Positions 1 through 12,857 of a stretch of 64,000 nt of DNA are shown piece after piece. The notes below the pieces were generated by a model that was not told the origin of the DNA, did not search any database, and was given only the letters and a program-made list of their open reading frames with translations. How positions within the stretch are numbered: position 1 is the first letter of the stretch; every line of letters starts with the position of its first letter. The position numbers and the translations under genes were made by a program. Origin of the DNA: Octopus vulgaris (taxonomy: Eukaryota); the NCBI GenBank assembly GCA_951406725.2, contig OX597832.1:8680001-8744000 (forward strand), in the 5' to 3' direction.

Positions 1-395
1 ACCGATCTAGCGCAACTATACAATATCATTTTTAATGGTATCAGGTAGTGAGGTCGAACCCCGAAAGCCTTATTAAGAAATGAATCTCTGAACCCGTCGA
101 CAATGCTTCCGGTATACAAACATAACACATACACACATGCACACATACATACATACATATACATATGTATGCATAGCTATAAGCATGTATATATATATAT
201 ATATATATACATATATATACGTATATATATATTGAATATAAATTTGAATATAATTAGAGAGATGAGAAGAAAACGATGAATGAATGTAAGAGATAGATAT
301 GTCTGTACGTTATACATACATATACATGGGTATCAACATATGTTTGTGAGTGTGCGTGTTTGTATGTGTGATATACTTACACACACACACATATA

Positions 396-495
<100 letters not shown>

Positions 496-1149
496 GGAAA
501 CAGACAGACATGCACACACAGATATACACGCAGACACACACTTACAGACACACACACAGACATGCACACACACACATATATGTATATACTTGTGTACGGG
601 GTGAGAGAGATAGAAGGAGGAGTTATCAAAGTTCATCTGACTATAACGTTTCCTATTAATTAATTATATTTGAAAGGGAAAATTTGAAACAAAAGAAAAT
701 AAGAAAAGAACTACACATATATTAAAGCATATCTCTATAATGATTAAATTTTTAATATAATTTCTAACGTAGGAAACATCTGAAGACATATCGTTTCTGT
801 TTTTTTCGTTTTTTCGTCTATATCTTTGTGATGTTGTTCTAAGTATTTATTTTCAAAGTCTTTGAAATGAACAAGAACGCCAACAAAGAAAAAAACAGAA
901 TATAACAACAAATTATTGAAAGATCATATGAAATTCCTGTTTACCATTTTCTTTGCAGCATCTATAAATTGTTCGATATAAAATTCTTGTGATTAGAAAC
1001 TGAAAAACAAACAAATATATAAAATCGTTATTCAAACAATAAAATTATTAGTAGTATTATTTGCAGTAGTACAAACAATATTGATACTAATCATAATAAA
1101 GCCAAGAGAAGAAGAAAGAGTAGGAATAAAAGGAGGAGGAAATGAATAA

Positions 1150-1211
<62 letters not shown>

Positions 1212-1224
1212 CTACTACTACTAT

Positions 1225-1257
<33 letters not shown>

Positions 1258-1409
1258 AACTGCTCCTCCTCCTCCTCCTCCTACTACTACTACTACTACT
1301 TCTACTATTACTACTACTACTAATAATAATAATAACAATAGTAACAATGATAATAATAATAGTAATTATAATAATAATAATAATAATAATAATAGTAATA
1401 ACAATGTTA

Positions 1410-1464
<55 letters not shown>

Positions 1465-1571
1465 GATGTAGAAGAAGAAGTAGAAGAAGAAGAAGAAGAA
1501 GAAGAAGAAGAAGAAGAAGAAGAAGAAGAAGAAGAAGAAGAAGAAGAAGAAGAAGAAGAAGAAGAAGAAGA
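1150..1571. repeat. Compound trinucleotide microsatellite (ACT)n-(CCT)n-(AAT)n-(GAA)n
   Basis: Read directly from the sequence; it explains the homopolymeric ORFs at 1087-1671. Confidence 0.97.
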
Positions 1572-2199
1572 GAAGTTCTTTGACATGAGCAAAACAACAT
1601 GATGATGACGGTGATGACGAAGGAGATAAGGCCGAAGGTATATAAGGAGAAATATTACAACAATTATGCATTCTTTACTTTAAGCATTCATCTATTACAG
1701 TATTATCAAAATATATCTTTTTACCTCGTTTTGCAGATCAATATTTTATGTATATTCCTACATGACGAAATCTAATAGAAAATGTTGCCAGATAGGAAGG
1801 AGATCGAGAAGTTACGTAGTTTTATCTATTTAGGAAAGCCACCCACGAGACATGAGAAAAATTGCGCAAAGGTTTGGGTTTTATTTTTCTAGGAAATTTT
1901 TATGATAGATTCAAATATTATAGTTAAATTCTCGTGGGTAAATGAAATCAAAAATAAAAGAAAAAAAATATTCTTCATGTCTAACGTATAATGCGGCAAT
2001 GCTGCGGCCTTAGAGAAATGTAGAGAAATGTTGAGAGATTCTCTGTGTCTATGAAATTGGCATTGGAAAATTCTCTTGAATTTTTTTTATGATCTGAATT
2101 AGCTTCAAACTCAGTATAACTACCGTCATCATCACTTTCATTTTCATAGACTAATCTTGGATAAAAAAGAAGACTGCTATCTTCATCTATTCAAATTTT

Positions 2200-3190
2200 A
2201 ATTTTCAGCCCAGTACTGCGGTCATGCTGATGCACCGCCGTTTTGCGCTACACTGTTATTACTAGGAGCCTCCTCTAATATGTGACACTTGATGAAGAAT
2301 GGAGTCTGATATAGCTACCCTCATTTGCACCTCTTGCCGTGAGGTAGGCTCATCTGGGACTCTCGACAGGAAGATGTCCAGCTTTGATTTAAAAACCGTT
2401 ACATCTACTTTGTGCAAGTTCCTCAGACTTTTTGGGAGAATATTAAAATGCTGTGGGCCCTTGAAACCCAGGCTTTTGCAGAAGCTGGTCCTGAAGCGTG
2501 ATGGCATTGCTGAGATCTTTGGCACTGTGCAGTGTCGTACCGATCTAGCATTGGAGTAGCTTTCAATGCCAAAACTTGGCACAATTCCTTCCAGGATCTT
2601 CCAGATATATATTACTGCATACCTCTCCCGTCTTCTCTTCAGGGAATATAGTCTTAGCTGTTTCAACCTTTCCCAGTAGCTGAGCTGTTGCAAAGAGACG
2701 ATCTCCTTTGTGAATCTTCTCTGGGTTGCTTCAAGGTCCGCTGTTAATCTCACACTGGTGGGTGACCATAGCTGTAAGCAGTAATCCAGGCGTCTGAGGA
2801 CGAATGTCCGCCAGAGGACCATCATGGTTTCCCTATCTCTGTTTCTGAATGTTCTTAGGTCCATCCAGCCAGTCGTCTGCACTTTGTCGCCATCCTGGCA
2901 ATATGCACTTGGAAAGAGGTATCATCACTCATGTCGATACCCAGGTCCCTCACAGACTTGGGCTCTGGGATTGAAATTCCCTGTGGACCGGTGTACCCTG
3001 TAGGTTTAATATTCAGTTTTGGATGCTGGTAGCGCAGGGCCTGGAATTTTTCAGCATTAGACTGCATATTATTATCCTCAGCCCATTTGTAAACTGAGAC
3101 CAACACCTGATGCAGGTGTGCAACATCGCTGGGGTTTTGTATTTTCTGTGAGACTTTCGTATCATCTGCATAGCTTGCCAGAGTTATAAC
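2200..3190 (-). mobile_element. 5'-truncated CR1-group (CR1/L2/Crack/Daphne-like) LINE: RT C-terminus plus 3' UTR
   Basis: ORF 2855-3229 has SYADDTKV, WAEDNNMQSNAEK and VRDLGI. It frameshifts into ORF 2262-2882 (RLDYCLQLWSP, LEATQRRFTK, LSYWERLKQLRLYSLKRRRER, FKSKLDIFL), typical of CR1-group ORF2 ends. The stop is at 2262, followed by a short 3' tail. Confidence 0.9.
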
Positions 3191-3209
3191 ACTTAATAAC
3201 TCATTATAA

Positions 3210-3314
3210 CTCTTCTCTTTCTTCTTCATCTTCTTCTCTTCTCCTTCTTCTCCTTCTTTTTCTTCTTCTTCTTCTTCTTCTTCTTCTGCTTCTTCTTCTT
3301 CTTCTGCTTCTTCT

Positions 3315-3361
<47 letters not shown>

Positions 3362-3407
3362 TTCTTCTTCTTCTTCTTCTTCTTCTTCTTCTTCTTCTTC
3401 TTCTTCT
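3210..3407. repeat. (TTC)n microsatellite
   Basis: Read directly from the sequence. Confidence 0.95.
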
Positions 3408-4239
3408 AGTCAGCCGTATTCAGAAATGACGACAATCTAGGGGACAGTCTAGATCTCCACAAAGATGAAGAAGAGGTTCCCGCTCCAGAGTACAGTCAGA
3501 TCTTATTTATATAATATTTCCATACATTCCAATGCTGTTTGATCTCCAATAATGGATACTGCACAATTGGATTAAACTCTAGAAGCATGACAGCACCGTC
3601 AACGAAGCCTATCCAGGGTCACTTAAAATCGATCTACCTTTCTCCACGCTCTCATTCCTTGTTCAAATATTACTGACTTGTGGGGTTATATCAAATACCT
3701 ATTGTAGCGGTTAAAGAAGTTCCATCAGACAGCAAAATTTATAAAACCCATCGATTCATCATCATAAAATTGACTTAGAAAAGCAGGAAGCTTTCCCTTG
3801 CCTCGCTGGTTTGCTGAAGTAGAGAAAATATCTAGGGAGACGCACGTGATCTGTTGACTTCTTTCATCGTCTCGTGGTAGGCAATCCTTTGGAACATCTA
3901 TTACCATTATCGTAATACAAATTTATTCCATGATTATTAGTTTTTCATAATATATTCCGTGAATACAGAGTGATGGGATTTGTAAACGTGCCACGGTCCT
4001 AATAATTTCTTCCCCTGTTGTACTCTCACAAAATATTTGTGGCAAATAAAATCAATATTTGAGAAACTTTTTAACTGGAGACTGTTGCATTTGTTGTAAG
4101 AGAGGAGGAAAGTTTACTAAGAGAGGGTGAATATTCTTTTCAAGGGAAGACAATCGATTCACGGTTTATATTTTTATTAATATTTTGTAGATCCAATCTT
4201 TCCCAACCCACCATATATTAGGTCTTTAGATTTTAAGCC

Positions 4240-4572
4240 ATTTAACGTCACGGCATTTAACGAAATTTAACCTCACTTAACGGCATTTAACGTCATTTAA
4301 CGTTACGCCATCCAACGTCATTTCACGTCAGGTCACGACACGCCATTTAACGTAATTTAACGTCATGTCATATAGCGTTAACTCCTAAAACGTTATTTAA
4401 CGTCATTTAACGCCACGTCATGTAACGTCGTTGGGCGTTATTTAGCGCCTTTAACGCCAATTCATATAAGGTCAATTAATGTCACGTCATGTAACTTCAT
4501 TGGACGTCATATAACGTTATTTAACGTCACATCATATAACATCACTTAACGTCATTTAATGTCATTTAACGT
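4240..4572. repeat. Degenerate ~10-bp tandem repeat (TTTAACGTCA-like)
   Basis: Recurring catttaacgt/taacgtca units. Confidence 0.85.
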
Positions 4573-4573
4573 G

Positions 4574-4890
4574 ATTCCAGACATTCTAGACATTACAGGC
4601 ATTCCAGACATTCCACATATTTCAGACATTCCGACATTCCAGGTATTCCAGATATTCCAGACATCCTAGACATGCCATTCCAGACATTGTGGCATGTCTG
4701 GTGTGTTTGGAATGTCCGGAATATCTGGAATGTTTGCAATGTCCGGAATGTCGGGAATGTCTGTAATGTGTGGAATTTGTGGAATGTTCGGAATACATGG
4801 AATATCTGTAATGTCTGGAACGCCTGGGATGTCTGGAATGTCTTGAATATTATATCTGGAATGTCTGGAATGTTTCCAATACCTGGAATC
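4574..4890. repeat. Inverted 9-bp minisatellite: (ATTCCAGAC)n followed by (GTCTGGAAT)n
   Basis: Units at 4574-4688 are the reverse complement of units at ~4692-4890. Confidence 0.9.
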
Positions 4891-5089
4891 TAAATTAATC
4901 TAAATTAGAAACTTTTAGATAGCAAAATGACAAAGTACACTTATTATTTGTATTTCATTTTCTTTTTCGATATTAGATATCATTGATGAATATCAGTTAA
5001 AGTGGATGTCAGTAAAGGAGTAAGCCTGATTTAATCAATTGTTATGTCTCACAATAACAAATAAACAGTATCAACAACAAATTAAAACA

Positions 5090-5250
5090 ATTCCTTCTAC
5101 TACAGGCACAGGGATAGACATTTTCGTGGGAAGGTTTAATCGAATACATCGTTCTCAGTGCTGATTTAGTACTTACTTCATCGACGCCGAACCGCAAAAA
5201 ACAACACCAAGTCGACTTCGGTGGAATTTGAACTCAAAACATAAGACTGG
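5090..5250 (-). mobile_element. Degenerate copy of SINE family B
   Basis: gtcgacttcggtggaatttgaactc matches the reverse complement of the 12858 element. Confidence 0.6.
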
Positions 5251-5611
5251 TGAAATTGTTAACTTTATTTTGTGCGATGCTATTGTTAAAATTCTACGTG
5301 TTTAAATATTGGTATTTCAGAAATAACATAATGATATCTCTAAAATCACACCTACCAGTTAGATAAAAGGAAAGACATCTGAAAACGTATTTGAATACAA
5401 GTCTGTTGGATCAAGACTCACCTGGGTATAAAGACGCAACAAAACGTACATTAGAAACAAGTGTACAACGCTATGTTCATAGGACATAACGGCTTATATT
5501 ATTATACATTACTATTGGTATTTGTAAAGTGTCATTGTCTGAATGATAGAAAAGTATAAAGTGGTGACCGAATGGCAAATGTATTTAGCAATAATATTGT
5601 GTTATATAACT

Positions 5612-5651
<40 letters not shown>

Positions 5652-6764
5652 CCAGACACATATATACAATCATATATACAAACACACACACACAAGCATA
5701 TATATACAAACGTACATTTGTATCATACATATATGGTGTTGCAAGTGAGAAAGAGCGAAAGAGAGAATTGAAATCAATGTTCAACGAAGAACATTAAATC
5801 GAACATGTGGGTGTCATTTTAAGGCATTCATTCATTCAGTCATGTAAATTGCATGTTGAATTTGAATCACTGAATATGGATAAATAGTAAAATATTGCGT
5901 GCTAAAACGCATTACAGCAACTTCACATCATTATTGCTATGAATATCATATTTTTACTTTCTTTTCTTAGCAATGATAATGTTTGTTCATTAAGGAATTC
6001 TAGAACGCCCAGTGCAATTAAAGAAGTATGACATTCTGTATCCTCTGCCAATAATTGACGCGATTCTATAGAGTTACCAGCGACTTTTGATACATATTAA
6101 CACATAAGAGCCATTATAGTATTCTCCTATATATTACTGTGAGCAATGAAAACGAAAACAAAAGAAAAAGTAGAAACGATTATAAATAAAGACAAAATAT
6201 AAAAGACTATGAAAATGGAGGAAGAAAAATGAAAAAATATATGAAAAGAAAACTGGTCACCAAACGTTACTTAATTTCGTTTAAATATTTCCTTTTCGAG
6301 GATTATCCTTCATTATCGCAGAACGAAAGATGTCATTGAAAGTATGTTTTGCAGAGTAGCATCATCGTTAACGAGACGTTGTAAAGATCAGATATTTTGC
6401 TGGGAAAATTTATTATCTTAGTAACGTGAGGCTAACTTCATGCGTATTCTTTAGCACACTAATGAGCAGAGACTTATATGATTTCGAAGCATAGATTGGT
6501 TACCTTATATAATTTGTGACGTTATTTTTTTTATTCTGTTGCTTTTTTAAAACCCATTTATTAGTAGGCTTCAAGTCTACAATCGTAATACTTCCGAATC
6601 CGAATATACACTAGTGAACTGATGTCTCAAGGTCTTAGTTTAGCTATTTACTTCATAGAATCAGATAAAATGATCTTATATCAATATATAGATGAATCTT
6701 TATCAAGTAAAGTATACTAGAATTTATGTATGAATGTGCCGGTAAATATACGTTAACTATCATA

Positions 6765-6846
<82 letters not shown>

Positions 6847-6904
6847 GTGCTATTACGTTTGACATAGACTCTACCAATATTTGCTCGAAAGTTTCTAAGC
6901 TATG

Positions 6905-6981
<77 letters not shown>

Positions 6982-9900
6982 CGAAGGATGTTAGATTGAT
7001 AGTATAGAATTCAGCGGGGGAAATGTGGTTTCCAGTCACGTGGCTATTTGTTGATATCTGTTTTCAGTCTTGTAAACTTAATATTACTTGATTTTTTTTA
7101 CTGTTTACCTGTTGTTTCTAGCAAGTCGAGTTACCTGGTGGTGCTCTAATATTTTTTAATGTCTGCTATTTCAGTTCAGTTTTACGCAAGCGTGTAGATC
7201 AGATGGAAGCGAAACATTGGGTGTTTTTAGCTTTTTGAAAACAGGTAGGTGAAGTGTGTGCGAGATGGGGGTGGGGCATTGAGTCTTTTAAGAAAATTTA
7301 AACTTTGAAAAGAAAATATATATTTCCCACATTCGTATATGTATGGATAAAAAGAAATTCGTAAAATGTTACAAATTAAGAAATTGTGATATGGACGGGG
7401 TGGGACATCTATGTTTTGAAAACGTGTTTGTGATCCTTATTAAGGACAGAAAGCGATTCCATGCAAACCCATCTAAATTGTGCCTAACCCTTTCACTTTT
7501 GAACAAACAATAACTTATATCATTACACCTGTAATCCAGTTCGCTATATATCAGCTGTGCTGAGTCTGCTCATAAGAAAGGAACACGTAATACACCGAGA
7601 TGCATTGGCAGTGTGTACGTGTGTGTATATGTATATATATAATGATACTTTGGTTTGAGAAAACACTCCCATGACTTATTGTGCCATTGCTGCTGCTACC
7701 AATTGTAAAAAACAATTTTCAAAATACCATCCAGCTCATCTCCGCTAAAGTGGATACTGAAGTTTGCACAAATCCACGATAATTTAAGGTAAACCTGTAT
7801 TTGTTTTGTTCGTTTGGGAAAATCCTTGCCCGTCAATGTTTGCTAATGAGATTTTCATCAAAGTCCCGCAATATGTTATCCAGAGCAGCTAAACCTCTAA
7901 TGTTAACTGTTATGGATTCATCTAAAATACTTATCGGATATCACTTAAGAACATGTCTAGTGTCTGGATTATTAACTATATTTCATCATTCACCTCTAAA
8001 TCCAGGAGAAGTTACAAGAAGAAAGTGCAGTATGTCCTCCAGGAGCGTTATTACTAATACATAAAGTAAACACGAAACAACGACGTTAGCCCTGTATACT
8101 TATGTGGATTGATTTTGTGGCAAAATACGTGATCAAGAACGCCATATTCTGCCAAAACATACATAAAAGAATGCCATCTTGCTGTGTACTTGGAGGTACT
8201 CGTATCCATTCATGCCACTAATATGTTGAGGTTATATGATATATTTTCCCAAACGTTTGTACTGTATCTATCGGCCAAAGTACATTTAAGTTGAGCTAAC
8301 TTATTAGGAGTATATGGACAGTTAAATCAGTGGGCTTATTCAGAAGGCTGCATTGTAAATTTTAATAGTATATTTTATCTAAAATGTAATGGTAATGTTA
8401 TTTTGTCAAGTCATTCAGACTCATAAGGGCCGATAACAGGCCTCATAGCATATATATTTCTCACCTAGACAGGACTCCCGTCCGTCGGAGGTTTACTCTT
8501 TCTTGCAAGCAGAGTGGACTGGAGCAAGAACACAACGCATTTCCCGGTCCAGGAATCGAAACGATAGTCTTACGATCATGGATCCAACACCCTCACCATT
8601 AAGCCACGCTCTTGCATTGTGGACCTTATCAGATACTGGTATATATTTTTCAGCATTAAATTTGAAATCGTCGCCAAGGGATTTACAATGCTTCAACCAA
8701 GACTGAAAAAGAATTGAACTTGAGCCACGCAACGTATGTAGGTGGAAGATTAGAATTATTCGTATTGTCTGGCGTATATATTATATATTCTCCACACGAA
8801 CATGTTTAAAAATAGGTATGTCAGTGTAGCTCTCTGCAATTACTCATTCCTTTCGTTTGTACAGTAGGATAGAAAATGATGGCACAATAATGATTCTACA
8901 AAGGAGTCATACTGGCAAGTCACGTTACGTCATTGAACATATCTTAGTCTTTGTGCTTGCTGTGAAGTTGTGACTTTAATTAAGTAAAACAATTGGGGAT
9001 TGTCTAAGCGAGCAGCAATTTGTGGATCACGAGATTTTCATGATTGTCATGAAATCAGAAATCCACGTTCCTGATGAGATGCTACTCTTCCTGAAACCAG
9101 GTACCTCAATTGTCTCGAATTCACTTAGAGCAAATATTGCCCATCATTACCTTCTGATTATATATTTGATGTCTTTCAGCAATATATTGAACAAAAATAA
9201 TAATACAACAATCATGTATGTATTGCATACATGCGAAGAAATGGCAAGCGCGAGAATAATCATCTGGGTTGAATTTAATTCCCTCCAACTTACAGAAGAC
9301 TTCCTATTTTGATACTCAGTTTCATTAAATAGGATAACGTTCTTCACCTGTGTGAAAACTGTTTGGCGTAGATTGCCTTTCATCGCAAGTCAATTCCTCT
9401 TGACATCGATTCAGACGCATGAAGTATTTCATTTTAACCATAATGATGATTTTTTTTTTCTGCAAGGGTCAATAAACTTTGCAGATTTAATGAAATTAAT
9501 TATAGTTGTTTACTAGATCAAAATGTATGCACGTACCAAGCCGTCATATTCCGTAGCAATAGTAGTGAACAGACATTTGCAAGAAAAGGTAAACATAACA
9601 TTGCAAATTCCTTCAGATTAACATTTGGACACATATCCACGAAATTTGAATTTGTGATTAAAATTAATTAAAATTATTTATATAAATTTCTCTTGACGCA
9701 GATAATCATCAGCGTCTATACATAAATTACACTTCTGCGAGTCTTGAGAAATATAAATAAATAGCGGTACGTGCAAATAGAAAGCTAACACAGAGAGCAA
9801 GAGAGAGAGAGACAGAGAGAGACAGAGAGAGAGGGAAAGGAAAGAGAGTAAGAGGAGGACGAGAGTGTTAAGCACAAGTACTGTGCAGAGATTCAGCGAT

Positions 9901-10569
9901 AGACTTATGCGAAAGAAAGAGGTGTATGAGAAGTATATGGAAATATATACTCTGAAATGTACAAATACATGTAGAAATATTTTGTATTTGAGGATGGTCA
10001 TTCTACTAATATGTTTACACTAACAAATTACCGGTTTTATTAAAGTCCTTTAGCGCACGTACATGGCACTATTCTAGGCTTCCTCTTTTTGTGAAAGTTA
10101 ATTACATATATTTACAGGTTTACAGTTCTACTTTTTGCTTGAAAATGTTGGTTTTAGCCAGAACCTACGCTATTTCCACGCCATGGAGGTTCCAAATTAA
10201 ACACTAAATGTAAACAGCTTGCGAAAAAATACGCGAAGAAAGAAGGAATTGAAAATACAAATATTGGGAGAATTTTATATTATAGACGCGATACGCGTAA
10301 ATGTAAGTTCAGACTGTTCTGATCTTTCATATTTCTGAAAGCAATCATATATTTCCCTGTGGGCGGAAGATTCATGGATCCAGAAAACAAAGTAAGATTT
10401 TATCCGGAGGCGAGGATTTTAAGTTAGAATAACTAGAATTCATTGTTGATGATGCCCAGGTGAGATATGTGAGATACATAAATGGCCGTAAATACAAAGA
10501 AAGAGACAACGCTTTCTTTCAGGTCGAATTTAGTACGAAATGTGTAATGTAGATAACATGTGGATAATA

Positions 10570-10740
10570 GGCGCAGGAGTGGCTGTGTGGTAAGTAGCTT
10601 GCTAACCAACCACATGGTTGCGGGTTCAGTCCCACTGCGTGGCATCTTGGGCAAGTGTCTTCTGCTATAGCCCCGGGCCGACCAATGCTTTGTGAGTGGA
10701 TTTGGTAGACGGAAACTGAAAGAAGCCTGTCGTATATATG

Positions 10741-10775
<35 letters not shown>

Positions 10776-11002
10776 TTGTGTGTCTGTGTTTGTCCCCCTA
10801 GCATTGCTTGACAACCGATGCTGGTGTGTTTACGTCCCCGCCACTTAGCGGTTCGGCAAAAGAGACCGATAGAATAAGTACTGGACTTAAAAAGAATAAG
10901 TTCCGGGGTCGATTTGATCGACTAAAGGCGGTGCTCCAGCATGGCCGCAGTCAAATGACTGAAACAAGTAAAAGAGTAAAAGAGTAAAAGAGTAAAGAGA
11001 GT
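10570..11002 (+). mobile_element. tRNA-derived SINE family A, full length (Octopus-type)
   Basis: The head has an A-box-like TGGCTGTGTGG and a B-box-like GGTTCAGTCCC. An internal (TA)(TG) microsatellite follows, then the tail ggcggtgctccagcatggccgcagtcaaatgactgaaac and (AAAAGAGT)n. Several homologous copies occur in the window. Confidence 0.9.
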
Positions 11003-11383
11003 ATGCATAGATTGAAGACGCAGGATGAAATATTTGGGCCAGTAAAAGAAACAGAATAAGTGGTCAAGTTGTTTGAAAAAAAAATGATGAGTTTGACTTT
11101 ATCTCGGAGACGTCCACGGATATTAGAGCAAAATGAAAACAACTGCTGATAGGAATAAAATATGATTTGGGTATTTCAAAGAATGCAGATCCAGGAGATC
11201 TGAAATGCCAGGGCAAACATTGTCAAAATACTTGAAATGTATTATGGTAAAAGACACTTAACAGGTAGAAAGTGGTTTCAAACCCAGTTATTTCATGCGT
11301 TGTCATATAGAACTAGATATCGATCTGATTCGTTGTCAGATATCGATCTGATTCTTTATATATCAGTATTGAAGCAACGAGAG

Positions 11384-11433
<50 letters not shown>

Positions 11434-11515
11434 AAGGGTGAAAAGGAACACACGAGTTGATATATATGAAAAAACAAGTAAAAAATAGAAAATGCTAAAA
11501 TAATTTTATAGTGAA

Positions 11516-11563
11516 CATTTCAGTACCGGTTTCGGTCATTTTGAGACCTTTTCAACTGTAACG
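11516..11563 (-). ncRNA. Type I hammerhead ribozyme-like motif (U3-A8 core), inverted copy
   Basis: Exact reverse complement of 11958-12005. Confidence 0.72.
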
Positions 11564-11957
11564 ATTAAATAATTAAATTTAGAAAAATTAGAAGAAAAGT
11601 TTTTTTAAAAGAATATTTCTATAGTAGTGTTCAGATTTAAGTGGCATTCTGCCTTTCTCTGACTCCCTTGTTTGCACTTGTGTGTTCGAGGTAGTTGTGA
11701 GTTCTTGGTAGGGTAGTAGAGGGAAGGCTGGTGAGGAAAGGGGGGTGGGAGAATCAGGGCACTCCCAGATTCTCCCACCCCCTTTCCTCACCAGCCTTCC
11801 CTCTACTACCCTACCAAGAACTCACAACTACCTCGAACACACAAGTGCAAACAAGGGAGTCAGAGAAAGGCAGAATGCCACTTAAATCTGAACACTACTA
11901 TAGAAATATTCTTTTAAAAAACTTTTCTTCTAATTTTTCTAAATTTAATTATTTAAT

Positions 11958-12005
11958 CGTTACAGTTGAAAAGGTCTCAAAATGACCGAAACCGGTACTG
12001 AAATG
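11958..12005 (+). ncRNA. Type I hammerhead ribozyme-like motif, U3-A8 variant core
   Basis: cgttacag-TTGAAAA-ggtc(tcaaaat)gacc-GAAA-ccgg-TA-ctgaaatg: stem I, stem II, palindromic helix III (ACCGGT) and a GUA cleavage triplet. Confidence 0.75.
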
Positions 12006-12049
12006 TTCACTATAAAATTATTTTAGCATTTTCTATTTTTTACTTGTTT

Positions 12050-12105
<56 letters not shown>

Positions 12106-12123
12106 ATATGTATATATACACAT

Positions 12124-12155
<32 letters not shown>

Positions 12156-12857
12156 GTATAGCAAGAAAGCAAGAGACAGAGGGTAGGGAGAGAGAGGGAG
12201 GAGAGAGTCAAAGGATAAGATCCAGAAAAGCTCAATACAGAATATCCGAAATCTTTACGAAGAGCCATATATGTGTGTATTCATATGCTTTAAGTGTCGT
12301 GCTTATATGTACAGAAATATACATACACAGACGTACAAATCATATGAAAATGTAAGGCCGTGCTCCAGCATGGCTGCACTCAAATAACCGAAACATGTAA
12401 AAAGTAAAAGTGTAAAAATACGTGAACGTTGATGCGCGTAAATGAGCGGTATAATATGTTATTCTCTGTATCCATATAGACCTCAATTCGCAAGCTGGAA
12501 ATTAGTAACTATACAAGCTGATTCACACGTACAATTTATACACATATAGGGTCATTTTTTTTTCATGGCAAAGAAGGATGTACAGATGTACAAGGTGCAC
12601 CGAAATTTCAGCAAAGCATATTCACTATAAGTGACAAAACTACGTTATGGCAGGTTACACTTTGCATATAGGACCCGCGATAAGCTTTGAGACGTTTGCT
12701 GCGAGAAACATCTTTATTTCACATAAAATATGATACATATTTATATGGTTTTGTAATCTTTATGCAACACACACACATACTCCCCCACACCCTCTTCTCT
12801 CTTCCTGTCTTTGTCTATATATGTGTGTCTCTGTGTGTATATATGAGTGTGTGCAAA

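Larger units (their letters stand above)
11429..12060. mobile_element. Fold-back (palindromic) Penelope-like-derived insertion in (TA)n
   Basis: Arms 11461-11755 and 11768-12060 are near-perfect reverse complements around a 12-nt loop. There is a short unique tail at 11429-11460, (TA)n on both sides, and a hammerhead fold in each arm. Confidence 0.8.

Noticed and set aside
4240-4890. Possible CRISPR-like array
   Set aside because: No unique spacers, degenerate 9-10 bp units, eukaryotic context and no cas genes.
4672-4893. WNV-repeat protein ORF
   Set aside because: Translation of the 9-bp minisatellite.
9067-9108. CTGATGA...GAAA-ccag-GTA hammerhead-like string
   Set aside because: Helix I cannot form, helix II is poor, and the site is not in a PLE-like context.
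10570-10645. tRNA gene (also 57131-57180)
   Set aside because: These are tRNA-like SINE heads without a complete cloverleaf.
11588-11985. Two near-identical ORFs on opposite strands
   Set aside because: A by-product of the palindrome; no recognisable protein motif.
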